Shown: one piece after another, positions 1 through 12,564 of the stretch
Layout: every line of letters begins with the position of its first letter
Position numbering within the stretch: the first letter of the stretch is position 1
NCBI RefSeq assembly: GCF_004010195.1
Contig: NC_057756.1
Coordinates: 2,016,020-2,080,019 of the forward strand
Source of the DNA: Chiloscyllium plagiosum
Taxonomy: Eukaryota
Direction: 5' to 3'
DNA length: 64,000 nt
Position numbers and translations under genes: made by a program
Notes under the pieces: generated by a model
Databases searched by the model: none
What the model was told of the DNA's origin: nothing
Seen by the model: only the letters and a program-made list of their open reading frames with translations

Positions 1-262
1 CCTCTCCGCCCCCACCCCATTCCGGCCTATCACTCTCACCTTGACCTCCCTCCACCTATCGCATTTCCAACGCCCCTCCCCCAAGTCCCTCCTCCCTACC
101 TTTTATCTTAGCCTGCTGGACACACTTTCCTCATTCCTGAAGAAGGGCTTATGCCTGAAACGTCAATTCTCCTGTTCCTTGGATGCTGCCTGACCTGCTG
201 TGCTTTTCCAGCAACACATTTTCAGCTCTGATCTCCAGCATCTGCAGCCCTCACTTTCTCCT
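1..262 (+). mobile_element. Penelope-like element 3' end / pseudo-LTR (runs off window start)
   Basis: Same terminal motif (ctgaWgaagggcttatgccYgaaacgtc...gatgctgcctgacctgctg...ctgcagYcctcactttctcct) as at the ends of the GIY-YIG-bearing copies at 8524-9930, 54550-55600 and 57777-59591. Confidence 0.8.
133..168 (+). ncRNA. Minimal type-I hammerhead ribozyme motif (Penelope-associated)
   Basis: CTGAAGA (137-143), stem II GGGC-ttat-GCCT, then GAAAC-GTC (157-164) with palindromic ACGT in place of stem III; stem I weak. Confidence 0.55.
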
Positions 263-2779
263 ACAATCTACATTACGTCGGCATGAAGATTCCTGTTGTG
301 TATCGGATAGCTCATTAAAAATAACTGTTCATTAAATGGTTAAACTTCTGAAGTGACAATGAAATTGGTTATATGGAAAATTTTGTCTTATGTACATTTA
401 GTAAAACAAAACCATTGTTGATACACATTCGAGGTTTTATTAATTGCAAAGTTCAGAGGAATACATAGGATATTGGTTTAGACGATATGGTTATTTTTAA
501 ATAGTATTTGTCCCCAGAAAACACTCAACTCGCATTGACTATTTGTCAAATCATAGAAAAATATAAATTTATAGGACAGACAAAGTACATGCGAACAATC
601 GCACTGCCTTGGCTCCAGAAAGAGCTACCCAGCTAGTCCCATTCTCCAGCGTCACCTATGCAATCCTCTCTGGATTGTCACTGAATTCCTGCTGTACAAT
701 CAGTATAATATTTCGATGAGTACAGAAAAGACATGTTATATGTGAGTAGTCTCCTTGAAAAACAGGACTGTCATTAATTTTTTAATGTTGCACTTTTGAT
801 GATGTTTTGATTGAAGGTTTTAAAGGTGCGTTCAGCTTATGTTACTTGGACATGAAGTGTTTTTTTTTCTGTGAAAAGATAGTTCCTTACCATCAGAGAA
901 CAACAGTAGATTGGAAGGTGTAATAGACATGGTGGAAAAAAAACGGATATGTAGAAGCATCACTAAAAGGACGAATTCATAAATAAAACAATTTCCCTTA
1001 AATATATATATGATTATTAACATTAGAGAATGTAGGTCTGAGAAAATCATGCCAACATTTTCTTTTAGAATCGGAGCTGATTGCCTGAATGAAAATGAAA
1101 TAAACACGTAATCTCAGTAAAGAATTGAGTTTCTATTTGGATGAGAGGCAGCTTTAGAACGGCATAGAAGGGAGTTTCGAATGGCACAATGACTTATGTG
1201 TTGAGTGAAGTAGAAGTTTGGTGATTCGAATTGTGGTCTTCTTTGGAGTCAGTTCTACTACCTTTGTGTCACTTACTACAGAGAAATGCACTTCGGATTA
1301 CCAATTGACCACAACATTGTATTACCAGCAGTAACGTAATTGATGAAAGCAGCTGCAAATCTGAGTAAATATTCAAATGTATATATTTTGAATTCCCCTT
1401 TTTTACCAGAATTGATCGTCATCTTCAGTCTCTCGACCTCTGTAATAGAGGTGAATAGTATCATTGCATTCCTCTTATTAGTAAATGTATTTTTTCAATT
1501 CTGAACAGAACCCGCATCTCAGCTTGAAACATAAAATTACAGTTTATTCATTTCACATAAGATTTTGCATTTTGATTTCAGTTTGATTTATTGTTTGTTG
1601 AAGGCAGTTTTTTTTTGGTCTGGTACGTTTTGACAGCCGAGGATAACATTGAATGACTTGTCCAATGTATTAGGCAAAAAATAACATTATATTTTCTGAT
1701 CAATACAATACGTTAAAAGTGTTAATTTCAGTCCAGACCCAAAAGATGTTCTTTAAAAAAATGTAGAAGACCTTCTTTGAAAAAAAAAGGAAATCGCTGG
1801 GGCATCATACAACAACGAAGAAAGAGAACCAATAAATCCTCTGTCGACTCCTTTTATCAGGAGTAAGATCTCATTTATTCTTTCATGAAACCTGAGCGTC
1901 ACTGAGAACTGTAGGGTGGTGTAACCGTTCAGGTTTATTCGTTGGCAGACCTGCTTGTGATGAAGCGTGAAACCAGCTTTAGTCTGAAATACTCATGCAG
2001 GAGTGTCGTTCTTAAATTCAATGCATTTGACTGAAACGCTGTGCCCTGCAAGGTAAATTAATGGCAGTCATCTCTCCCTAATCCGCAAAGGTCCATCAGG
2101 TGTGCAGAATGTGCAAACACCCACGATCGTATTCAATTACAAAGCAAACTCAAAAGGTTTACTCCTGTTTGTAATTCTTATAGATGACAGCAACTTTAGA
2201 TTTTTGTAGAGTTACATCACTCGAAAACAAAGATATTACAAAAAGAATTACAAAACATCCGAATCATGCCTAATGATAATTATAGTGCAAAGAAAAATAC
2301 GTCGAAGCGATGTCATTGTCAACTTATGTTCATGATAAAATAGTGAGACAGAGAAGAAAGACACAGGGTAAGTTAAACAGATCACGTCAATGTCATCTGG
2401 TTCCATTATTCTTTGCCCATAACTTTTATTGGTTGCAAATTGTCGGTTGATTTTAGTTAATCAATGATATTGTGAAATAACTGAAATACTTTACCAATTT
2501 CTCTTTCAGCCAGTCTTTCGTCTGGGTAAGTGAGAACAAGTGAAAGGAATTAAAATCTTGGAGGTGATATTCCATAGGAAATGAAAAATAATTCAGTCCA
2601 GACCCAAATCACCATTCAAGCTCAGAGAAAAATGATTTCATAATACAATGTTCAACAGCGAAAATTGCAAGTGGGTTGTTCATTTCAAATGTTTCGGGAA
2701 ATAAAAATTGAATCATTAAACATGTGACACCACATCAGGTGATTGACAGCTTCAAAAATGTTAAAATAATCAAGAAGCA

Positions 2780-3680
2780 ATGGGCGTGTGCTCAGAGAAG
2801 TATGGATGTGGAAGAATGTGCAACGACTGTTACAGACACTTATTCGGCTCCGCATTTTTATTTCACTTCCGCAAAGACTATTACCTCCGGGGCCCCCTTG
2901 TTCACTCTTTATCGATTTCCAACATCGGTTTTCCCCACCCACAACCTTATAGCTCGTTCATGTGCCACTGCAGAGTATATAACACCTGTCCAATTACTTC
3001 CTCCTCAGTATTCAAACGCCCAAAGCACGTCTTGCAGCAGGGGCAACATTTTACTCGCTCTTTAAACAACTTATTTTACTGCGTTTGTTGTTCACGTGCA
3101 ATTTCCTCCTGATTAGGCAAGCAAAGCATAGATTGGTTGACATTCGTAAATAGTCCACAAAAAACCCCATGAGTTTCCAGTTGCATCCCACTGCAAAACG
3201 ACATCCCCGTGGCCATCGTCAGTCTCAGGTTTGCTGCAGTGTTTCAAAGAAGCTGAGTGCAAGCCTGAAGAATCACACTTCATTTTCTGCTTGGGGACCC
3301 TGAAGCCTTCTGGACTTAAAATCGATTTCAGCATTTTTAGAGCTTGAGCAGTCCCATGCCATTATCCCAAAACCACACACATCGGGTCTCGTTTTTCAGC
3401 CATTAACTGCAACCATTAACATATTTTCATCCTCATAACGGTATGGTTATTAAATACTTTGTCTATCCAACTGCTCTTCTCGTTGATTGGGCTCTAACTC
3501 ATCTAACATTTACTACCAATCTCCTCCACTCACCCGATCTGTGAATGCGTATAAAACAACAATTTCCATATGTTTTGACAAAGGGTCACTCGACACGAAA
3601 CGTTAACTGTAATTTCTCTCCACAGATGCTACCAGACTTTCTGAGCATTTACAGAAACTTATGTTCTCATTTTTGTTATT
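2780..3680 (+). mobile_element. Strongly decayed Penelope-like element (GIY-YIG region plus pLTR)
   Basis: About 3075-3150 gives YCVCCSR..(frameshift)..AKHRLVD, resembling VYCIRC..YIGETKRRLGDR. It ends in a decayed hammerhead (gggtcactcgacacgaaacgttaac) and ctccacagatgctaccagac. Confidence 0.6.
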
Positions 3681-4539
3681 GTGATTTTATGGATAGAAAA
3701 AATCAACTTAGGAGAAGTGATTCATGACAGTGCTGTACCCTCAAAATATTTTGAAAGGAACAAATGATTGATTAGGGCTAGACCAGGTGAAAATTGGTGC
3801 AGAAATCTATTCACACAAGGTCATAGAGGTATTAGACATACACACAGACACAAACACACACAGACAGTATTTGAAATCTCAGAATAACCATGCATAGTGA
3901 AAGAAACCTGTAGAATTAATATAGGCAATTGTCCTTTGTGAATACGACACCTCCACAAAAATTAACCTAGTGAGCATTTTTTAAAAAATCTCGTTATGAC
4001 TGGCGTACCATTCTTTGTTTAAACGATATGATGCCTTCAAGAGATATGCATTCATTGCCACTTCATTTGCACAGAGATATTACTGCAGTTGTGCATGCAT
4101 GTCCGCTTCAGATGTCGTGCATAAACATCGTTGAGTTCCCTTCATTTTTCTGTTAATTTAGATGATAGAAGCATGAGTGGTTAGAGGCAGGCTGACACAG
4201 ACCCAGATCATAAATTTGCACTCCTTTGCGGATTTGTTTTGACTGTTCAAGTTGATAGATATAACTCACCCTCTCCCCCTTCACTCTCTCTTACCATCTA
4301 TATCTCTCTCACAACAAAAGGAAGAGTTACCTCTCTGCTATATGACAGCGCTCCTGTTTCAACAATGTTATGCTGTTCTTGGCAGTTTTTTTTTTCAGAG
4401 TGGTCATAAACGACAAAGACACTGAAATGTCTGGAGTTGAGAGTGTTTAGTGCCAACTTGATAACAGCTAACAGATTCTGCCTCTGGCAGAAGGCTTGCT
4501 AGTTAATAAAAAGTGCACGATGGAAGTTTAGTGGACAGT

Positions 4540-5000
4540 TCTATTAGATCTTCTTCTCTCTGGTTTGTTTTAGTTTTTCGCAGTATTGTGAAAATAACTA
4601 AAGAAAAAGTTGTTGAGTGTAAGGAACATTTCCGTGAAGTGGAGGAGAGTATTTGGGGGGACCGGATTGTTTTTTTTTTGAGAGAAAGATGTGGAGGGCC
4701 TGCAGTCCATCCTTGGACATGTATAGTGACTGGATGTCCATATGAAGATAAAGTACAGGGGGCGGCGAAATAGACGTTGCTCAAGAGATGGAGGGCGCGT
4801 TTGGTGTCACGGATGTAGGTAGGAAGTCTCTGCACTAAGTGCAAGAGGATGCAGTTAGGATGAGATGAGTTCAGTGGGGCAGGCGCATGCTGAGACGATG
4901 GGTCCCGCTGGGGTACTTGGGCTTGTCGATCTTGGGGAACAGATAGGACAACGTATTGCGAAGCTGGGGGCCTATGGGCTTAAGGGAAGAGGAGCGAAGA
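4540..5000 (-). mobile_element. Penelope-like reverse transcriptase fragment
   Basis: ORF 4503-4844 begins LVQRLPTYIRDTKRALHLL, matching the Penelope RT segment LVQELPTYIRDTTHALHLL; frameshifted afterwards. Confidence 0.75.
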
Positions 5001-5384
5001 TTAAACTTGCTTAAAACAACAATCAAAATTCAGGTCTGAACCACCTTGTAGAACGATTCGACGGGGTCTGGCCTGGATTATAACAGCTGGTGGTAATTTT
5101 GCTTTTCGGTGTTCCTTTCTCCTCGACAGAAAAGGAGATCAAGAAAATTTGTTTTGCTCAATTTGCTTGCCAAGGGTGAGTTTCTGGGATGCTGCTATAT
5201 TGTTGATTTGATTTGCATTTGTAATGTCTTAAGTATTTCGTTAATGTTAACTTTATATTTAAAACCAAAAACTCGTGTGGTTTGTATATTATCTGCGTTG
5301 GAAAAAAAGGACACTTTTTAAAATCCTAACAGTCGGACAATCGATGCACCTGTGGATCACACCATCTCACAAGAGGCTTTAAGT

Positions 5385-6000
5385 TAATGAGTTTCGAGAA
5401 GATTTGTAGCTCAAGTTGAGGGTCCGGTTGTAAGTTTGCTGGCTGAGCTGAAAGGTTCTTTTAAAGGTATTTCGTCACCATGCTAGGTAACATCTTCAGT
5501 GAGCCTTTGGACGAAGCACTGCTGATGTTTCTTGCTTTCTATTAATTTGCCTGGGTTTCTTTTGGTTGGTTGTGCATTTCCTGTGGAGTTGTAATTTTCT
5601 GTTCTTTTCCTCAGGGGGTGGTAAACGGAGTTAAAGTCAATGTGTTTATTCATTCAGGTTCCGGCTAGAATGCCACGCATCTCGGAATTCTCGTCCGTGT
5701 CTCTGCTTGGTGTTCCACTTGAAGTGGTGTCTTTCCGTATCTGTATGTAAGAATACTAGTGGGAGAGGGTCAGGTCTTTTTGTGGTTAGTTGATATTCAT
5801 GTATTCTGGTGGCTAGTTTTCTGCCTGCTTGTACAATGTAACGTTTGTTACAGTTCTTGTACGGTATTTTGTAAATGATATTAGTTTTGCAAGTTGTCTG
5901 TATAGGATCTTTCAAGTTCATAAGCTGTTGTTTTTGTGTGTTGTTAGGTTTACGGGCGACCATGATGCCAAGGGGTCTGAATAGTCTGGGAGTCATTTCC
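5385..6000 (-). mobile_element. 5'-truncated Penelope element: GIY-YIG endonuclease plus pLTR
   Basis: ORF 5646-5996 NIIYKIPYKNCNKRYIVQAGRKLATRIHEYQL is a GIY-YIG signature. Flanked by gaggctttaagt (5373-5384) and gagcctttaagt (6001-6012). Confidence 0.85.
5464..5503 (-). ncRNA. Hammerhead ribozyme motif in Penelope pLTR
   Basis: Minus strand: CTGAAGA-t-GTTACC-tagcat-GGTGAC-GAAA; the cleavage-site side is mutated. Confidence 0.5.
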
Positions 6001-6199
6001 GAGCCTTTAAGTATAAATTAAATAAATAGTTGTGTTCTCCACTCTTTCCAAAATTCGTATTCACACTGTTTGGTCTGGACCATAATAAAAAAGACAGCTG
6101 TTGAGTGGATTAAAATCATGAAGTTTAGTGGATTTAACACGAATTGATCGAATGAGACTGATTGTTAATTGTTGATATTCCTTTTAAGGCATGCAAACA

Positions 6200-8520
6200 C
6201 TTCGTAGCAAAAGGCTTGGTATGGATATATTTACAAATAGTCAGTCGTTGTCTAGAGTACATAAGATGGACGTGGAACCCCTATTAATTTCATTTGAGTG
6301 TTGGCCACAAAATGAAGTGGCCCCTGGCTATGTGATTATTGCTAAAACGAACAAAATTCGTACGTAGAGCTGCTAAAGTCTTTACTTTATTTACAGAGCG
6401 AACATATAGGCGGCATGATAACGTGAAAAACAGAAACCTGCAGTGCATGTGAAATAATGTGAGAAGACAATTTCCTCGAAAACTAAGGACAAAACCTGGT
6501 CGAACGTGCACAGCATTTTAAAGGATCAAACAATGTAACTTTGATATGTCGATAATGGCATTGTATATACTCAGACATATGAAGCTCTTGGAGAGATTGT
6601 TCTTTTCGTGCACTTCAAAAATTATGTCCTGATGTATTGAAAGTTCATCAGAAGTATCATGGGTATAAAACTGTAATAAACAACAGTAGAACAAAAGCTA
6701 ACTTTATATTAGTTCACACATCAATTTGTGTCTCTGAAATAAATTCCAATTCGTGAATTATATAAATTGGATGAAAGTTAGTCCTCAGTTGGTAAGGGGA
6801 AAATGATCAAATGTTTAAATGTTTACCAACTTACCAATTGAAGACAGTAAAACACTTTGCCTCATAAAGCCATACGGAGTGACTCAAAGCTGTAATCAAT
6901 TAGGACAAACGAAGTCGCAATGTTGGTGACTTAAACAAAAACAAATAGTGGGAAGACTGATGTGTAAAACCAGGGAAACTGCTGGATTTTTTTGAGATTG
7001 CCGTGAAGAGCATAAAATGCAAAGAGCTGTAAAGAACTGCATGGTCTTGTCAGAGGTTGATTTGCAAGGAAGTTTGAGATCACTTAAAATAATTTACTTC
7101 TGTCGGTAATGTTTTGGACTATGTATCAGGGTGTGCATGTAAATGAATCCACATGTTAAGGGATAAGGAAGCACGTCAATCTTTGATGGTATTAGGTTTG
7201 GAGATATATAATTCAGAAATTGTATTGTCAGTAAAGGTGATAATATGAGGAAAGAGCAGTGTTTTACAATATTAGCCAAGACGAATGTGTCTGGAAGAAT
7301 GCGATAAAGTTGTGCTATGAATAGGACACAAATTCTATGAGAGTGAAAGAAAGGTTCATAAAGATGTAAGTGGATCACAGATTGAGTCTCCCCTATTGTA
7401 TTTGAAAAAAAAAATGGAATCAGGCTATTGAATTGTAAGACGAAGTATAAACAGAGGTCTTGATGACTGTGCAGAAAAAAAAAAGCCATAGTTGAAGATA
7501 GAGGAGATATCAATAAGTACGAATAATTAAAGGAAATTCTATCAGCAGAAACTATTTTTGATCAAATGTTTAAAAAAAACAGTTGTAACAAGTGAATATT
7601 GTTATTTTAATGACGTTAAACGAGTAAAAATGGAAATAATGGAAGATGAAGCATTTGCACCAAAAAGTAGGCACAGAAGAATGGACTGATTGTCTCCGGG
7701 AATGTTACCATTTTAAAAGGAAACCTTGATGAGGAAATGGTGAACATAGCTTATTCAGACAGATGGAAAATGAGCATATGTTCAGCAAATAGGATTACTG
7801 ATGAGTTACAGAAAAAAGAGGTGTTACGGGTGGCACATAGTGTGGCAGGAAATCATTTGGATAAACGTAAAACTCAATGAAAAAAAACACATTTTATTGT
7901 CTGACCGTCATAAAGATGTGATTGTATTTTGCCAGAGATGACACCCGTGAATTAATAAGAAAAACGTCAGGCAGTGATAATACATATTCCAGCAATGGGA
8001 AAGTTCTTTTTTAAACAAAGTCTTAATTGTTTGCATAGGATCTCTCAATAAAAAACAAAAATGGCAATCGGTATATTTTAATACCAGAACGGATGTATCC
8101 ATTAGTTTTCCAGTGTGCAGTCCTTTATGCAATTTCGCAGCAAGAGGGAAATGAAAGGAGTTACTCGTTCCGTTAATTCCCTGTTACATATGGTATATCC
8201 ACAGAGATACAATCGTATGAAGATCAAATGTTACATGAAGATTACTCAAGAAAATCATGGATAAAGTCAGAATAAATCAAGTTAAGCCAATTGCATATCA
8301 TCAACAATCGCAGGGTGCTTTCGAACATTGGGAACAAAATTTAAACAAAACATTGAACACCTTTAATTAAGAGTATCAACATGGTGAGCAGCAATAAATG
8401 AATTGCATTTATACGTTTTGCCAATGGAGATGCACCTTATGAGTCAAGTAAATTGGACAATTAACACGACTGACAAAACGAAATGGTGAGTCGAAGTTCA
8501 CAGTCTACGAAATTGAAAAG
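6200..8520 (+). mobile_element. Decayed Gypsy (Gmr1-like) internal region: gag, protease and integrase remnants
   Basis: Colinear with 31100-34100 and 55700-60300. Contains a zinc-knuckle remnant near 6890-6930 and integrase remnants (YGISTEIQSY near 8190, AYHQQSQGAFE near 8290); many stops. Confidence 0.65.
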
Positions 8521-8523
8521 AGT

Positions 8524-9930
8524 GGCAAAAGTGAAGACTGCAGGTGCTGGAAACCAGATTTTAGATCAGGGTAGTGCTAGAAAAGCACAGCAGGCCAGGC
8601 AACATCCGAGGAGCAGGAAAATCGACGTTTCGGGCAGAAACCCTTAATCTGGCATAGAGGCTGGAAGCCTCCAGGATGGAGAGATAACTTGGGGAGGGGG
8701 GCGCTGGGGCAAGGTAGCAGAGAGTACAGTAGGTGAATGGGGGTGGGGACGGAGGTGATAGGTCAGAGAGGAGGGTGGGAAAGATAGCAAAGACTACAAT
8801 AGACGAATGAGGTGGGGATGGAGATGATATGCCAGGGAGGAGGGTGGAGGAAGGTAGCAAATAGTACAATAGGTGAATGGGGGTGAGGGTGGAGGTGATA
8901 GGTCAGAGGGGAGGATGGAACAGACAGATGGGAATGGAGATTGGCAGGTAGGACAGGTCATGAGGACAGTGCTGAGCTGGAAGGGTGGAACTCAGGTAAG
9001 GTGGGGTGAGGGGAAATGAGGAAACTGGTGAAGTCCACATTGATGCGCTGGGGTTGAAGTGCTCCGAGGCAGAAGATGAGGCATTCTTCCTCAGGTGCAG
9101 GGTGGTGTCGGAGCGGCGGTGGTGGAGGCCCAGTACGTGCATGTCCTCCGCAGAGTGGGAGGGGGCGGTGAAATATTTGGCCACTGGGCAGTGGGGTTGA
9201 TTGTTGCGGGTATCCTGGAGATGTTCCCTTAAGCGCTCTGCGAGGAGGCGTCCAGTCTCCCCAATGTAGAGAAGACAGCATATGGAGCAACGGATACAAT
9301 AAACGACATTAATGAATGCGCAGGTGAAACTTTGATGGCTGTGGAAGGCTCCTTTGGAGCCTTGGTTGGTGGTGAGGGAGGAGGTGTGCGTGCAGGTTTT
9401 GCAATTCCTGCGATGGCAGGGGAGGGTGCCAGGACGGGAGTGTGATTTGTTGGGGGGTATGGACCTGACCGGGTAGTCACGGAGGGAATGGTCTTTATGG
9501 AAAGCGGGAAGGGCTGGGGAGGGAAATATTTCCCTGGTGGTGGGGTCCGTTTGGAGGTGGTGGAAATATCGGTGGTTTTAACGCGAAGGTTGGTAGGGTG
9601 GAAAGTGAGGACCAGGGGGTTCTGTCCCTGTTACATTTGGACGGGTGGAGTTTGAGGGCGGCGGTGTGGGATGTGGATGATATGCGTTGGAGAGCACCTT
9701 CAAACACGTAAGAAGGGCAATTGTGATCTATTAAGAAGGAGGCCATCTGGTGTATTCTGTGTTGGATCTGACCCTCCTGGGAGCAGATACGGCAGAGGCG
9801 GATGAATTGAGAATACTGGATGGTATTTTTGCAGGAGGTAGGGTGGGAAGAAGTGTAATCCAGGTAGCGTGGGGGTCAGTGTGTTTTAAAGAATGTCAGT
9901 GTCAAGTCGGTCGTCATTAATGGAGATGGA
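8524..9930 (-). mobile_element. Penelope-like element, 5'-truncated (RT C-terminus, GIY-YIG, pLTR)
   Basis: Minus strand reads NVVYCIRCSIC.LLYIGETGRLLAER near 9240-9310. DYTSSHP motif near 9840-9860. pLTR with damaged hammerhead at about 8620-8655. Confidence 0.85.
8711..8920. repeat. Three diverged tandem copies of a 70-bp unit inside the Penelope 3' region
   Basis: Units start aaggtagcagagagtacagtaggtgaatg (8711), aagatagcaaagactacaatagacgaatg (8781) and aaggtagcaaatagtacaataggtgaatg (8851). Confidence 0.85.
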
Positions 9931-9934
9931 ATGG

Positions 9935-10027
9935 TGTGTAGGTTAGGTTGATCTTAGAATAAAATGAATACTCGGCACAACATCATGAGTCAAAGAGGCT
10001 GTACTGTGCAGCACTGCTCTATGTTCG
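9935..10027 (+). mobile_element. CR1 3' tail fragment
   Basis: ggcacaacatc...ctgtactgtgcagcactgctctatgttc, the same tail type as at 12500-12562 and 33840-33903. Confidence 0.6.
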
Positions 10028-10239
10028 TTCAAAAAGAAGGCTTTTAGTAATGAATGTGAAGAATCACATCCAGATGATTCTGACTGTATCATTCCTCACG
10101 TTAAATTGGACAACGACGTTCTGTGAAAAAAGGTCAAATGCAGCCTCGATTTCAAGGGCTGTCACTCTGACTTTACCCATGGAATTCAGCTTTTTTGTTC
10201 ACGTTTGAAACAAATCCTGCAATGAGATCAGAAGCTGAG

Positions 10240-12080
10240 TGGCCACAGCAGAAACAAAATTGAGGATGACTGAGCAAGTTATTGCTGAGCAGGTTCTGCT
10301 TGATATCATTACTGATGACACCTTCAATCGACTTGCTTATGATTGAGCTTGACCTGATGGGGTGGTAGTGGGCTGCTTGGATTAGTTCTGATATTTATGC
10401 ACAGGACAAATCCACCCAGTGGCACAGTGGCTCCATGGTTAACAATCTTTCGCCTCTGTCTGAGTAGAGTTTAGGAATATTCCCAGTGCTGCACAGCTTT
10501 ATGCCATGTGTTCCTTTTCTTCATACAGTCCAAAGATGTACAGGTTAGATGGATCCACTGTGCGAAATCTACCATTGTGTTCAGGTATGTAAAGGTTAGA
10601 TGGTTTAGATATGCGAAATGCAGGGATAGGGTAGAGAAGTGTCTGAATTGGATACTCTTCAGAGAATGGTTGTTGTTTTGTTCAAGCGATTAGCCTGTTC
10701 CCATAATTTAGGATTTCAATGACCCGCCTAGAAAGTTTTCCACATTGTTGGATAGATAACAGTCTTGCAACTGTTCTGAATACCTTGGCTCAAGTGCCGG
10801 CAAGTTCTGAAGAGCAAGTCTTCAGTTCTATTATCGAAATATTGTCAGGACCTTAGACTAAGCAGTATCCAGTGCCTCCAACCATTTCTTCCTATCACGT
10901 GGAGTGAATAGAGTTGGTTGAAAAGTTTTACCTGTAATTTTTCGGACCTCTGGAAGCGGCCGAGATGATCATCCATTCGACAGTTTTACTGGAAGTTGCT
11001 CCTAATGTTTCAGGCTTATGTTTAGAATTGAGGCACTGAGCTCTTCCAATATTGATGATGAGGATATTTGAGGAATCTCCTCCTTCAACGAGGTGTACAA
11101 GTGTCCACAACCATTCAAGTCTGAACGTGACAAGAATGCAGAACTTAAATCTGAGGTATGGTTGTGGGTTCCCCTAGTGCTGGCACTTACTTACTGCTTA
11201 TGCTATTTGTCCTGCAACTGGTCCTGTTTGGAGGCTTCAACAGGGTGATACCTCATCTTCCGGTATGTCTAATGATGCTCCTGATATGCTTCTGCATTGT
11301 CCATTGAAGCAAGTTTGAACACCTAGTTTCATAGTCATAGTTGAGCTGTGCATATGCCGGACCATGACGTTATGAAATGTGTTATGGATTATTGAGTACA
11401 CTTCTGTTGTTTCTGAAGACCTCATGAATGCCCACTCTTTTGTTCCTACATTTGTTCAAAACCTGTTTCATTTAGCCTTAAGCTAGTGCCACATAACACG
11501 ATGGAGTTTATTCTCAATGTGAAGGTGGAACTTCGACTTGTCAAGGACTGTACGCTGGTCGTTCTTAACAATACTGCCAGAGACAAATGTATTTCCAGCT
11601 GGCAGATTGGTAAAAAAATACGTCATTTTTTTATTCTTGACAATCCCTCATCAGCTGACACAGAGTGTAACACGAGTGTCCTTTAGAACACTACCAGTTT
11701 GGTTTGTCGTATTGTTGCTGAACCACTCTTGGTGGTGACCGTTGAGATTCCCCATGCAGGGTATATTCTTTCCCATGGCCATCCTCAGTCCTTCCTTGAA
11801 GGGAGAAGTACCAATTGCCAGCTGAGGAAGGACGGTACGTGAATGTTTCCATGTCCGTTTTCAGTTTGAATCCATAAGACCTGATTTGCTCTGGAATCAA
11901 TGTTGATGCATCCAAGGACAATTCCCTCAGTCGTCATATAACACTGTACTCTCAATTCTGCGATCTCTGTCCTACTGTGAGGCAGCACATATCTAAGTAT
12001 AATGCTGGTGTTGATTGCGTATTTGATGTAACATATGATTCCTTGAGTTTAATTATCCCAATCTGTTGCAAGGCCATTTC
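10240..12080 (-). mobile_element. Decayed non-LTR retrotransposon ORF2 (CR1/L2-group; endonuclease to RT start)
   Basis: Minus strand near 10260-10370 gives PIRSSSIISKSIEGVISNDIKQNLLSNNLLSHPQF, an RT domain 1-2 pattern. Endonuclease-like YRPSSA and GNLNGHHQEW lie near 11720-11840. Confidence 0.7.
10418..10710 (+). mobile_element. V-SINE (HE1-like) nested in the LINE
   Basis: tRNA-like head ggcacagtggctccatggttaac and V-domain-like cagtccaaagatgtacaggttagatgg. Confidence 0.7.
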
Positions 12081-12224
12081 AGAGAAGCAACGATATGACA
12101 ACTGCATTACTGTCGGTCTAGAGTTATATGTCGGTAAGACCAGATGAGGATGACACATTTCCATTCTTGAAGATAGAACACATAACATTGCATCACTGCA
12201 CCGCCATCGCTGCTGTGCAGATAA

Positions 12225-12562
12225 TCAGAGGGTTACATAGGGAGGACAGAGAAAGCCTTTTTTCCAAGTATGGTGGTGGCAAGCACGCGGGGGCATTGCT
12301 TTAATTTGAGGGGTGATAGATATAGGACAGATGTCAGAGGTAGTTTCTTTACTCAGAGAGTAGTAAGGGCATGGAATGCTTTGTCTACAACGGTAGTAGA
12401 TTCGCCAACTTTAAGTATATTTAAGATGTCATTGGTCAAGCAAATGAACGTACATGGAATAGTGTAGGTTAGATGGGCTTCAGATTGGTATGACACGTCG
12501 GCGGAACATCGAGGGCTGAAGGACCTGTCCTGCGCTGTAATGTTCTTTGTTCTATGTTCTAT
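12225..12562 (+). mobile_element. CR1 LINE 3' end
   Basis: ORF 12270-12467 TRGHCFNLRGDRYRTDVRGSFFTQRVVRAWNAL is the CR1 ORF2 C-terminus; followed by a (gttctat)n tail. Confidence 0.88.
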
Positions 12563-12564
12563 AT

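Larger units (their letters stand above)
4339..6086 (+). mobile_element. Gypsy LTR, interrupted by two Penelope fragments
   Basis: Start (tatgacagcgctcctgtttcaacaatgttatg; aacagattctgcctctggc) and end (tggtctggaccataata) resemble the LTRs at 51207-51890 and 62240-62903. Gag-like sequence follows. Confidence 0.45.

Noticed and set aside
2510..2525. 16-nt plus-strand micro-exon (ctctttcag|...|gtaagt)
   Set aside because: Good signals but frame-shifting length and no compatible open neighbouring exons; unsupported without RNA data.
10418..10445. tRNA gene
   Set aside because: Only a decayed tRNA-derived SINE head; no cloverleaf.
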